Program-made: the position numbers and the translations under genes
Shown: one piece after another, positions 39,496 to 49,269 of the stretch
Layout of the letters: the number at the start of each line of letters is the position of its first letter
Position numbering within the stretch: the stretch's first letter is position 1
Source: an uncultured Candidatus Binatia bacterium
GTDB lineage: Bacteria > Desulfobacterota > Binatia > Bin18
Assembly: GCA_965214605.1 (NCBI GenBank)
Contig: OZ243961.1
Coordinates: 896,001 to 960,000 of the forward strand
Direction of reading: 5' to 3'
DNA: 64,000 nt
Notes under the pieces: generated by a model
Seen by the model: the letters and a program-made list of their open reading frames with translations, nothing else
Databases searched by the model: none
Told to the model about the DNA's origin: nothing

Positions 39496-40036
39496 TACAA
39501 TCGCAAAAGCAATCGATCCGCGTTATCATCTTAAGCGAAATGGAAGACAATGGTTGGTTCAGGAGAGCTCGAAACCCGTTAGCATACGGTCACCTAACAA
39601 ATGGAGCTTTGGTTTTTCACTGGATAACGATAGCTCTCCGGCGCTGGCATTTTTCAGTTCTAACGCTCCTGAAGGCTTGGCCAAAATCTGCGATGGTATG
39701 ATTGCCGTGCTGTATAAACAAAAACTGTACCTGTTTGCTATTGAAGTTAAATCAGGGCACAGGGATAGTTCTAGTAAACAGCTCCTCAATGGTCGCCTTT
39801 TCTGGCACTGGTTGATGGATCTTTGCAAACAGCATGGCTACTTGTGCAGCTCGATTGGCGTTTGCTATATCAGCCTGCTGATATGGCGTCCAAGAGAGCG
39901 GGCGCCACGAAAGGGCACGACTGTGCATTCGGGCAAGAATGACTGGAAAAGAACAGCTATTTCTGGTTTCGATGCCAGTTTTGAAGTGAAGAACCGTGAG
40001 AATATTGCCCTCATTGACCTCATAAATCAACGCTGA
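39488..40036 (+). CDS. Hypothetical protein with PD-(D/E)XK-like motif
   Basis: ICDGMI...FAIEVKS...KQL; overlaps the ATPase stop codon. Confidence 0.65.
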   Translation: MIDTIAKAIDPRYHLKRNGRQWLVQESSKPVSIRSPNKWSFGFSLDNDSSPALAFFSSNAPEGLAKICDGMIAVLYKQKLYLFAIEVKSGHRDSSSKQLLNGRLFWHWLMDLCKQHGYLCSSIGVCYISLLIWRPRERAPRKGTTVHSGKNDWKRTAISGFDASFEVKNRENIALIDLINQR

Positions 40037-40094
40037 GGGAGGCTGAGCGGAAGTGCTGACTGCGTGCATCGCAGACAAGCCGGGTTCCTAACCG

Positions 40095-40695
40095 ATGGCG
40101 CGAAAAGGAAGCCAGACTAAGAAGAAAGTTGGGATGATTACGCATGACGATGCGAAACGTCGCAATATCCCAACGGCGGATACCAGTCGGTGATGCAGAA
40201 GGAGGAGCTGTCGCCCGTTCAGGTCGCCTACGAGCGCCGCAACCGCGATCTGGACCCGCAGCTCGTCTGGCGCAGCAAGGATCTGCAGGACTGGTCCGGC
40301 TTGGTGGTTCAGGCGCCGCCGCTCTACATTCAGGAGAAGGTTCATCCCAAGGCGTTAATCGACGATCTGGTGAGTCGCTCCCAGGCGGATGAACCGGAAA
40401 ACGAGAAGCAGGTCGATCTTTTTGCGGACTTCAACGGCCTGCCGGACGACAACGCCAGGACCGAGTTCTACCAGCATGACCAGAACTGGTCCAACCGCAT
40501 GATCCTCGGTGACTCCCTGCAGGTAATGGCGGCCCTGGCCGAGCGTGAAGGTCTGCGCGGGCAGGTGCAGTGCATCTACCTTGACCCGCCCTACTGCATC
40601 AAGTTCAACTCCAACTTCCAGTGGTCAACGACGAGCCGCAACGTGAAGGACGGCAAGGCCGAGCACATTACCCGGAAACCGGAGCAGGCGTTTGG
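40095..40695 (+). pseudogene. Type III R-M Mod methyltransferase, 5' fragment
   Basis: RNRDLDPQLVW, NRMILGDSLQVM, IYLDPPY; frameshift near 40180, truncated by the IS remnant. Confidence 0.8.
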
Positions 40696-41321
40696 TCACC
40701 ATGGCGGAGTTCTCCGTTAAGGATGTCGAGCGCCAATTTTTGAAAACGTCGTACCGAGCGGGCTATGTCTTCTTGTAACGCGGTGCCCGGTAAAGAGGCG
40801 ATAAGGCCTGTCAGAATAAGGGCTTGGGCGTAGGAGTCCTCTTGTAACGCCGTTGTCGTTAAGAAGCCTATTTTTCCAGTCTGGTCAACGATTTGCGTCA
40901 ATGAGTCATCTTGTAATGCAGCCCGGCCCCGTCGTGCATAACCGGGGGTGGCCGCCCGCCAGGCCCGCACCCGGGCCACATGCTCGGGGCCGCGGAAGTA
41001 GTTCTCCTTCTGGGGTTTGGCCAGCCGGCGCGCCTGGCGGCAGGTGGCCGCCGAACAGTACCCCTGATGCCGCAGGTTCCGGCGGGGTCCAGGCGGAACA
41101 GTTGCCCGCAGTTCAGGCACTTGCATCGTCTTCGCTTCGTCATCGGCAGGTATCCTCCAGCCGCCGATGATGCGCACGTCCACGCCGGAGGGGGACCTCG
41201 GAAGAAGACGTGCCGAAGAAGATGAAGAAGGGTTTACATCAAGCCTTTTGAAGAAGACGCCGTCGAAAAAACGGGAAGTTCAGACCGGTGGAATCAGTAC
41301 ACTTTCAGATCGGTGACGGCA
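40668..41321 (-). mobile_element. IS21-like element end with frameshifted accessory Zn-finger gene
   Basis: Terminal TGCCGTCACCGATCTGAAAGTG..CACCGGTCTGAAC repeat structure; CLNC..FR.DP / YCS...CR / YFRGPEHVARVRAWR ORF pieces. Confidence 0.5.
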
Positions 41322-41329
41322 GTGAACGG

Positions 41330-41758
41330 CAGATTCACGTTTTGTCGGTGACTGCGACGCCGAGTGCGTGGTCAGGGACATCGGCGCTAGGTGGGGCACG
41401 GTGTTAACTGCTCTTGGTCTTCATCCTCAGCTTGCGCATGAGCGGAAGTCTGAATTGTCCTTGTTCGATCAGATCCTGCCCAACTGCGCTTATGTAGGTG
41501 AGGTCGGTTTAGATGAAGCCCCGGAATTCAAGCGCCATTGGCAAGACCAGATTGATGTCTTGCGACATGTGCTGGAGGCATGCGAGCGAGTCGGAGGCGG
41601 AATCATGTCGATTCACAGTCGACGTGCAAGCACGCCTGTGCTCGAGGCATTGGAAGCACCCCCAGTGGCAGGAGTCCCAGTTCTCTACTGGTTCTCGGGA
41701 GCTCCGCGTGAACTCGATCGGGCTGCTGCGCTTGGATGTTGGTTCAGCGTTGGACCGG
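41330..41758 (+). pseudogene. TatD-family nuclease fragment (QatD-like)
   Basis: ALGLHPQLAHERKSEL, YVGEVGLD, SIHSRRA, WFSG, GCWFSVGP; cut at the duplication junction. Confidence 0.75.
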
Positions 41759-42149
41759 GGTCACGAACACACTGTCGGCCAGCCGGAGCTTCCCCGCGTT
41801 CACGGGCACCACGAAGGTCGCACCGCGTCGGGCCAACTCCTCAACCAATTCCATCACCAGCGCGCGATTGCTCGACCTCAACCGTCGGCACCACCGTGAG
41901 GTCACCCGAGATGTAAAATGATGAATTTCGCGAACGGGCCCGCTTTCCCCGCCCTTGTACTCCTGATCCCCGTCTTGTCCCGAACGCTTCGGCTGAGCTC
42001 CACGATGAGACGATCGGCCTGACCGTGGTACTCCTTCCACTTGTCGGCCGGAAGGCGGAGCACGTTACTATCAAAGGAGCGAATCTGAGTGTTCGTCAGG
42101 GGCAGGCTGCACCCCTGTTTATCTTCGATTCGTTCACCAAACCGCTCTT

Positions 42150-42953
42150 TCATGTCGCTATGCCGAAGTGCCGCCGGACCTCGCCGGTGCCAACAAACTG
42201 CGACAGTAGCCGGTAGTTCTGCTTTTGGTGCCGGACCCTGCCCGCGACAATCGCCGGATGAATCCCGAGTGCTTCTGCCAAATTCATGACGGCCATGGGC
42301 GTCGGATGTGCCTTCACGGCGTTCGCCTCCCAGACCGCCTTTGGTATGAGAGCCTCTTCCGCCCAGTCATCCGCCTGCCTCTCTCGCAGATCTTCCCGTC
42401 CGCCTTCCACTTTGCGGAGCGTCAAGTCATCGACGAAGGCATTGCCCTTGTCGTTGTCCAGGTGCCGGCCGACATGGGCCAACTCGTGCAGTAGGCAGAA
42501 CCAAAAATTGTCGATGCAGTCGTGGCGCAGGGTCAGCCCGATGACCGGTCGTCCATCGCCGAGCCGCAATGCCGCTCCGTCGAGATATGTTTGTGGCAGA
42601 TGGTGTACGATCACGAGCGGAATCCCGCGTCTGGCCAGAAGTTCCTTGGCCAGACGCGGCCCCTCCCCGGAGCAGCTCAGTTGTGCCACCTTCTTGAGAA
42701 AGTCCACAGTGACGGTGCCGCGCTTGTAGTTCACCTGCGGCCGCTCCTCGTTCGTCTTCGCCAGAACCTGCCAGCACCAAGCTTTCAGCGCATAGGGATC
42801 CATCTTGGCGGTTGCGCGCACGTGATCGTTCTTCCGGTGGAGTACGGCGCCGGCAACCTTCGCTCCTCCCGCACGAGTGATCAGATCACGGATGATCTCA
42901 TCCGCGCGCTCCACGAGATCGGGGCCGCCTGGAATCCAGTTCAGCTTCGCCAT
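42150..42953 (-). CDS. ImmA/IrrE metallopeptidase half of split HigA fusion
   Basis: HELAH motif; same frame as 42975-43376, separated by one TAG. Confidence 0.65.
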   Translation of the reverse strand: MAKLNWIPGGPDLVERADEIIRDLITRAGGAKVAGAVLHRKNDHVRATAKMDPYALKAWCWQVLAKTNEERPQVNYKRGTVTVDFLKKVAQLSCSGEGPRLAKELLARRGIPLVIVHHLPQTYLDGAALRLGDGRPVIGLTLRHDCIDNFWFCLLHELAHVGRHLDNDKGNAFVDDLTLRKVEGGREDLRERQADDWAEEALIPKAVWEANAVKAHPTPMAVMNLAEALGIHPAIVAGRVRHQKQNYRLLSQFVGTGEVRRHFGIAT

Positions 42954-42974
42954 CGCCTTGACGGGAAACCGGCT

Positions 42975-43376
42975 CTACTCCATGTCCGCCAGCGGATCGC
43001 TGAGCTCGACCCCCGCCTCGCGCAGGAGCACGTCCGCGGGAATCCCAAGATGCTTGTGGAGCGTACGGGCCATTGGCATGGTAATCGCGCGCTTGCCGGA
43101 TAGGACCTCCGAGACCTTGGCGCGACTCCCGATGCAGGGGATCAGATCGCGCGGGCTCAGGTTCTCCTGTTCCATGCGGAACTTAATCGCAGCCACCGGG
43201 CTGGGATAGTCCATCGGCCCGTGCTTGCTCTCGTAGAGCTCGACAAGGTCGGCAGGAACGTTGAGTTCGTCGAACTCGACGGTGCTCGGCTCCGCGCTCA
43301 TCAGCGCGTCGATCCGCGTAAGCGCGGCCTCGTAATCTTTCTTGGTCCGGATCGGCTTGATCTTGCTATTAGCCAT
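42975..43376 (-). CDS. higA: HigA HTH antitoxin half
   Basis: Near-identical to 16035-16436. Confidence 0.7.
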   Translation of the reverse strand: MANSKIKPIRTKKDYEAALTRIDALMSAEPSTVEFDELNVPADLVELYESKHGPMDYPSPVAAIKFRMEQENLSPRDLIPCIGSRAKVSEVLSGKRAITMPMARTLHKHLGIPADVLLREAGVELSDPLADME

Positions 43377-43803
43377 CTCACACCTCCCCGACGTCTATGG
43401 CGTCATACTCGACGTGGGTGCCGACAAAACGTACGATGATCCCCATAGCTATACATATTTCGTTCCCATAATAGTGTTAACTCTATTGATCCTAAAACAG
43501 ACCATTATCGATATCCCTTACCATGAGTCAGCTGTTGCTTGCCATGCTCGGTATATTCTGTCCGCGCAATTGCTGACCAATGATTACGTTTGAAGACGCG
43601 ACGCTAGCTGCCGCAGCTAAAAGCGTACTTGGGGGGAAAGTGACGCCACGATTGAAAGCTGGTCTCCGTCCGAAATGAGATTCCGAAGCGGGAAACCATA
43701 TTGAAGAGACGAGAGAAATGAAGAAGGCCGCTGCGTAAGCGGTCATACGTTACTTAACTATACACGGCCTTGAGGAATTGGCGTTGCGACCGGCCCCAAA
43801 GGG

Positions 43804-43867
43804 GTCATTCCTGCGAAAGCGGGAATCCACTGGCTGCCGATGGATGCCGGGTCAAGCCCGGCATGAC
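43804..43867. repeat. Palindromic REP-like element (GTCAT...ATGAC)
   Basis: GTCATTCCTGCGAAAGCGGGAATCCA...TGGATGCCGGGTCAAGCCCGGCATGAC. Confidence 0.75.
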
Positions 43868-44051
43868 GTGCAGGCGGGACCTATGCCTGTGGACGATGGC
43901 ATTCTGGCGGCAACTGCTGGAAGAGACACCTCAAGATGGGTTAGCAAGTTGCCCAGTGCGTAACATCACTTAATGATTTTTGTCGTGTACAGTGACCAGC
44001 GGCACACGTCCTGAATGCCTGTCAAGATTCCGAAGTATGTGCTGCTGGTTG

Positions 44052-44665
44052 GCAGGCGTTTTGGCTATAACTGGCCAGGCCTTTACAGGAATTCTTGGTA
44101 TCAAAGTGAATGCACTTTAGCTCTCACCCGTCCAGGTACACCGCTGTGGCCTGTTTCCTCTCAACTCTCTACTAAGCGTCATGCGGGCTTCGCAATCAAG
44201 GGCCTTTTTTTCCGTTACCAAATTCATTTCTCCTCCTCCCTTTCAAGAGCGTCTGGGAGGGGTCGCTGAACCTTGAAACCCCTGAAGACTCAACGTACGA
44301 TGCCGGAAGAGGCATGTACCGTCGTGTATTTCGCTGAGCACGGCCAGAGGGACGAGCAGATTGATGAAGGAAGAACAACAGGAGTGGACCGGACATGCGG
44401 ACAAGACGCAGTCGAACCGCGCAGCTGTCCATGCAGCAATGCTGAAGGAGGCGTTGCGGCGGCCCGGGGTGCGTGAAGCTATGGAAGTCTATCGGAACTG
44501 GCAGCGAACCGACAACGGGCTCGATTCATACCGTGCGGCAACAAAACAACCGTGGATTACAACGACGACGGACCATGCCAACGCCCGGTGACAAGTTTGA
44601 GGGAATCCGACTTTGCCCATCTGGAGTGAGCTCTTCGCCGAACTGAACGTCAGCACCCAAGGTGG
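44052..44665 (+). repeat. Diverged duplicate of 17521-18134 (upstream DNA, small ORF, first codons of the protease)
   Basis: Alignment by eye; protease copy stops after ~17 codons. Confidence 0.9.
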
Positions 44666-44858
44666 GGGGCTGTCTTAATCGGCGATTCGGTGAGATTGAG
44701 CGGGGAATTGCGCGGCGGAGGCGCCACGACCCAACGTTTTCGCGCGTGCTGGCCCCTTGGTTAGACAACGTGCTCGCGTTGTACCACACGGGGGAGGCCA
44801 GCGGTGCTTCACCGGCGTCCATTTGTGGAAAGCCGATTAGGGGAGAGGAGAACCAGAG

Positions 44859-45107
44859 ATGGTGACGTGCACCATCGACACCCATGAAACCGTGCGGCAA
44901 TTTGTGGCCATCGGTATCCCTGACAAGCAGGCAGAAGTCATTGTTGCCGCCATCAGCCGTGCAGATTCCGAGATTGTCACCAAGGCTGACCTTGCCGCTG
45001 CCGTTGCCGAGTTGAAAGCCGATATGCTCAAGGTGGCTATCGGGGGTGCCGTCGGTATTGTGATTGCCAACGCCGGCCTGACGATTACCTTGATCAAATT
45101 GCTCTGA
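44859..45107 (+). CDS. DUF1640-like protein (within duplicate 44790-45168 of 32763-33141)
   Basis: IDTHETVRQF..GIPDKQAEVIV; GAGGAG RBS. Confidence 0.65.
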   Translation: MVTCTIDTHETVRQFVAIGIPDKQAEVIVAAISRADSEIVTKADLAAAVAELKADMLKVAIGGAVGIVIANAGLTITLIKLL

Positions 45108-45659
45108 ATCATCGGGGATTTTTCACACCAGCGGGGCTTTCCATGACTACTCCCCACACGCTTCTCTGCATCGTAATGAATGGTTGGGCGTGATTGGAGG
45201 ATACGACGAGGGCAGGCGCGCATCCTGTTGCAGATCTGGTTCACCTGTTGGTGCGGTGGAATACCCATCCGCTCCCGAATCTTACGATCCGTCAGTCCGT
45301 TCGCCGACGAGCTGATCGGCCGGCACGGGATCGGCCTGTCGTCGGGCACGAGCGGGGACGGCAGCGGCGCGTTCTCACAACGGATTCCGGGTCTGACCGA
45401 CGAGGCGGGCTGGCTGCAGGTGCTTGTGGCGCTGGGCTGGAAGGGCCTCGACGCCGAGTGGCTCGCCCTCGTCTGCCTGCACAGCGGTGTCTTCCTCCGC
45501 GCGCAGTACCTCGCCTTCGTCGGGTGTCTGCATCCGGAGCGGGCCCGCCGCTTCGTCCGGCGGTACAGCGCGGCGGCGGTCGAGGAGTCGTGGAACGGCT
45601 CCCGGCTGCGCCTGTGCCGGATTGCGAACGTCCTATCCGCCGTCGCAGAAGCTAGCCAG

Positions 45660-46347
45660 GCGTGCTCGCGCCTCGAACACGCCATCATGCAAGCCGAATC
45701 CAGTGCACTACAGACCAAGCTGGACGGCAATGGAGCGCGGTCGGTGGTGCCAGGCGACCTTCTCTGCGAACCACCACGGAACGGCATCTCCGCCCCCCCA
45801 ATTCCCGTTGAGGATGCCGGTCAGGTCGGCCTGAAGACCGTGAGCGTCTCTGCCGTTGATCGCGGCTGCTTCAACCCAAAGAGTGCGACAAAGTGCGTCG
45901 GGATCGATCTCGCTATCGCGCGGCCATTCCTTGTCCGAACAGGCGACGCCTCTATCGTTCGCGGAAACGGTAATCGGAGGCGCTGCAGCCAAGCTGGATT
46001 GGCGGATGTCTCCTACGACGATCTGGTCTATCCGTTTCGGCTCATCCGGCTTCGGTTTGAGCCGAAACGGATCCTTCCAGCGTTCGCCGTGGCTCAATGA
46101 AACCCTACCTGCCGTGCATCGGGATCTCAGCGCGAGAGCCAAGTCCACCAACGGCATCTGGAAGGTCAACGGGCAGGACATTCGAGCTCACCAGCTGGTC
46201 GTTCCGAGTCTCTCGAAGCAGCGCAGGTCGCTCCGTGCCATCACTCGAATGCGGGACTTGCGCGATTTGCAACTCAAGCGGAGGCTGGATGGCCTCGCTC
46301 GGATCAGGAACGCGCTCCTGAATTCATGGGGCACGTCCGGCGAATAG
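45660..46347 (+). pseudogene. hsdS: Type I R-M specificity subunit fragment
   Basis: GDLLCEPPRNGIS, IVRGNGN, LIRLRF, then AKSTNGIWKVNGQDIR...VPSLSKQ; lies upstream of the hsdR fragment. Confidence 0.6.
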
Positions 46348-46457
46348 AAGGGGCCTCCTGACCGGCCCTTCCAGCGCCACGGTAGATCCGCAATGGGGTC
46401 GTGACGGGAGGCCGGCCGCCGCTTGACCGATGACGGGCCGTTGCGTATGCTGAACCA

Positions 46458-46685
46458 ATGGCGCACTTGGACCGGATCACGATCGAGCCCGGAAAACGCA
46501 GCGGCAAGCCCTGCATCCGTGGCCTGCGCATGACGGTCTCCGATGTGCTTGACTACCTGGCGTCCGGCATGTCCGAGGACGACCTCCTCCGAGACTTCCC
46601 GGACCTGACGCGCGAAGACATCCGCGCCTGCCTCGCGTTCGCCGCTGATCGCGAGCGGCGACTGGTTGCGATCGGCGGAAGGTGA
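46458..46685 (+). CDS. DUF433 antitoxin
   Basis: GKPCIRGLRMTV, DFPDLTREDIRACL. Confidence 0.9.
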   Translation: MAHLDRITIEPGKRSGKPCIRGLRMTVSDVLDYLASGMSEDDLLRDFPDLTREDIRACLAFAADRERRLVAIGGR

Positions 46686-47038
46686 AGCTGCTCCTCGACC
46701 AGAATCTCTCGCCGCGGCTGTGCCACCGCCTTCGCGACGTCTGGACTGAGGTCGTTCACGTTCGAGCGGTCAATCTGGCGGCCGCGGACGACTCAGCCGT
46801 CTGGGCGTACGCGAGACAACACGGTTTCACCATCGTGTCCAAGGACGGCGACTTCAGCGGTCGATCCTCCCTGTACGGCGCACCGCCGAAGATCATCTGG
46901 CTGGCGCTCGGCAACTGCTCAACCAGCGAGATTGAACGGCGTCTCCGTAGCCACCGCGATGAGATCGAAACGTTCGCCACCGAACCGGATACGACGCTGC
47001 TTGTGATCGAACCCGGCCAGGGTGTCGGCGTGTCATAG
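46682..47038 (+). CDS. DUF5615 PIN-like toxin
   Basis: MKLLLDQNLS, IVSKDGDF, PPKIIWL; overlaps the DUF433 stop. Confidence 0.88.
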   Translation: MKLLLDQNLSPRLCHRLRDVWTEVVHVRAVNLAAADDSAVWAYARQHGFTIVSKDGDFSGRSSLYGAPPKIIWLALGNCSTSEIERRLRSHRDEIETFATEPDTTLLVIEPGQGVGVS

Positions 47039-47064
47039 CGGCATCGCGATCTAAGGTTGCCAAC

Positions 47065-47740
47065 ATGACCTTCACCGAGTCGAACACGGTCGAGGCGCTC
47101 GTCCGTGACATCCTCTGCGGCGGCGTAACCCACCATACGGCGGTCGGACCCGGCCTCGCGCGGAGGCACGGCGCGCTCTCCGGCTTCGGTTGGCACTACC
47201 TCGGCCCGCAACACCTGCCGCGGTAGACGCAGAGGTCCTTGTCGAAGACCACGTGCGCGAGGCGCTGCTCCGGCTCAACCCGGAGATCGCAGCTCAGCCG
47301 GACCGGGCCGACGACGTGCTGTACCGGCTACGGGCCATCCTGATGGGCGTGCGGACGGACGGGCTGGTCAAGGCGAACGAGGAGATCGCAGCCTGGCTCG
47401 CCAGAGAGCGGTCAATGCCGTTCGGCGCGGACGGCGAGCACGTCACCGTGCGGCTCGTCGACCTTGAGGATGTCGAGCGAAACCAGTATGTCGTCAGCAT
47501 CCAGTACACGGTCCGATCGGGTGCGAACGAGCGCCGCGCGGATCTTGTGCTGCTGGTGAACGGCCTTCCGCTTGTCGTCATCGAGGCGAAGACGCCGGTA
47601 CGGTCGAGCCAGAGCTGGGTTCGACGGCGCGACGCAGATTCGCGACGACTACGAGCGCAACGTGCCTGATCTGTTCGTGCCGAACCTCTGCTCGGTCGCC
47701 ACCGAAGGGAAGGACCTACGATACGGATTGATTGGCCTGC
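47065..47740 (+). pseudogene. hsdR: Type I R-M HsdR N-terminal fragment
   Basis: FTESNTVE, EALLRLNP, RADLVLLVNGLPLVVIEAK; stop, frameshifts and truncation. Confidence 0.8.
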
Positions 47741-47995
47741 CGGCTCACCTGTCACATGCTGAAAAGGCTCGAACAGTGGTGTCTTACTGACGATCTGGTT
47801 GTACAGACGATGCTCTTCGAAGTGCTCATCAGTCATCATGGCCGTTTTATCGTCCATCTTCGTAGAGGAGAATACCTCGTTCGGATGATTGATGAGTATG
47901 AGGAGAGGCGGCCTGTTGCAATGACCATGTACAGTCCATTCGTAAAGCGTTATTTCCGGGGAGGTGGAAACCATGAAGATCATATACTCCCGTAA
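47732..47995 (+). pseudogene. DUF4258-like toxin, 5' end lost
   Basis: LT.HMLKRL motif; overlaps the DUF2283 gene. Confidence 0.45.
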
Positions 47996-48200
47996 TGCGG
48001 ACGTGCTCACCATTCAGTTGGGCGAGGGACAGCCCTCCGACTCCACTAACATCGCTGAGGGGGTCATCATGCACCTTTCCGAGAAAGGGCGGCCTTTGGA
48101 AATTGAAATCTTTGACGCCTCAACGATCCTGGACAACAAAGGGGTCAAAGTTTCTCTGGAGGCACTGTTTCCCGTAGTTCGACAGGACTCCTCGCCATGA
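47973..48200 (+). CDS. DUF2283 protein
   Basis: MKIIYSRNADVLTI, GRPLEIEIFDAS; GGAGG RBS. Confidence 0.8.
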   Translation: MKIIYSRNADVLTIQLGEGQPSDSTNIAEGVIMHLSEKGRPLEIEIFDASTILDNKGVKVSLEALFPVVRQDSSP

Positions 48201-48245
48201 GCGGCGGGAAGCATGCGCATGTCCTTGAACACCGCGAGGTTCCCC

Positions 48246-48716
48246 ATGCCCATCCCCCACACGCTTCTCTGTACCGTCGGCACCTGTCTGTTCCATTCCA
48301 ACCTGTCCCGCCTCACCCGTGAGCCGCGGCCGAATTCCATCCGCGCTGCCTTGGCCCAGGCCTATGCCGAACAGGATTGGCCGGAAGTCGCGGCGCAACT
48401 GCACCACCTCCCCCCCACCGAGCGGCTGTGCGGGGCGGAGATCAACTCGGTGGCCGATCTTCTGAAACAGGACTACGTCGCCAAGGGCCGCCTGCACCTG
48501 CTGTATTCCGCTACGACGGACGGCGAACACATCGCCGCCGTGCTCGACGCCTACTTCGCCGCGGACGGCTGGCGGGTACAGACCCACCGGGTGGACGAAT
48601 TGAGCGATCAGGACCCGAAGGCGTTTCGCACCCGAGGGCTGCGCAACCTGGCAAAACTGTTCGGCGAGCGTGTCCGAGAGGCCGGCGCCGATTATTGCGC
48701 GATTAACGCCAAATGA
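48246..48716 (+). pseudogene. Truncated copy of the CARF gene at 33116
   Basis: 48255-48711 matches 33125-33581 nearly perfectly; ends at INA, before TGGYK. Confidence 0.85.
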
Positions 48717-49072
48717 CTCAGCGCCTGAACTTCGACTTCGACGCGTTCTACAAGACCCTGAGTGCGACGGTGGCAGCGCGCAATGTGAGCTGGAAGGCGG
48801 TCAGCGAACAAACCGGGGTATCACAATCCACGCTGTCGAGAATGTCAAAGGGTCGGCAGCCGGACGCAGCCAGTCTCACGGCGCTGCCAGCATGGTCGGG
48901 GATCAACCCTGTGGAATTCAGCTTGGCGCCGAAACACGACCCCGAACCAGTGGCCATGATGTCCAGGTTGCTTCGCGCAGATCCCAACCTGGACGAGGAT
49001 GGTGCCGATGCGATTGAGGCAATAATCAAGACTGCTTATGACAGGCTCAAACGCCCGTCGTCGAATTCCTAG
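48713..49072 (+). CDS. XRE-family HTH protein
   Basis: SWKAVSEQTGVSQSTLSRMSKGRQPD. Confidence 0.8.
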   Translation: MTQRLNFDFDAFYKTLSATVAARNVSWKAVSEQTGVSQSTLSRMSKGRQPDAASLTALPAWSGINPVEFSLAPKHDPEPVAMMSRLLRADPNLDEDGADAIEAIIKTAYDRLKRPSSNS

Positions 49073-49269
49073 CCCTCCCGGTCCCTTGCCGATTGGGGCC
49101 GCTTTGCTGCGGCAATGCGCAGCTCGGCGGCGAGTTCTTCGCGGTCCTGAATGATCTCAGCGATTTCCGGGACAGCCTTCTCCATCTCTTGGCGCAGTTC
49201 ATCGAGCGCGGTTTCATCGACCTGGGCCGGCGTGCACTTTTGCAAATAGTCTTTGAGACTGTGGTTCAT
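49069..49269 (-). CDS. Small hypothetical protein (66 aa)
   Basis: GGAGG/AGAAG RBS; ATGA overlap with the upstream gene. Confidence 0.6.
   Translation of the reverse strand: MNHSLKDYLQKCTPAQVDETALDELRQEMEKAVPEIAEIIQDREELAAELRIAAAKRPQSARDREG

Larger units (their letters stand above)
41759..43684 (+). repeat. Direct duplicate of 14824-16963 (CBASS remnant, higA-IrrE, higB with ~225-bp deletion, upstream DNA)
   Basis: Appears identical for the first ~780 bp, then scattered SNPs and indels. Confidence 0.95.

Noticed and set aside
40760-40920. Recurring TCTTGTAAC motif
   Set aside because: Encodes ALQED peptide repeats of the IS accessory ORF.
45180-46100. 306-aa ORF as a single novel gene
   Set aside because: Appears to be a chimera of unrelated fragments (a hypothetical protein piece plus hsdS).
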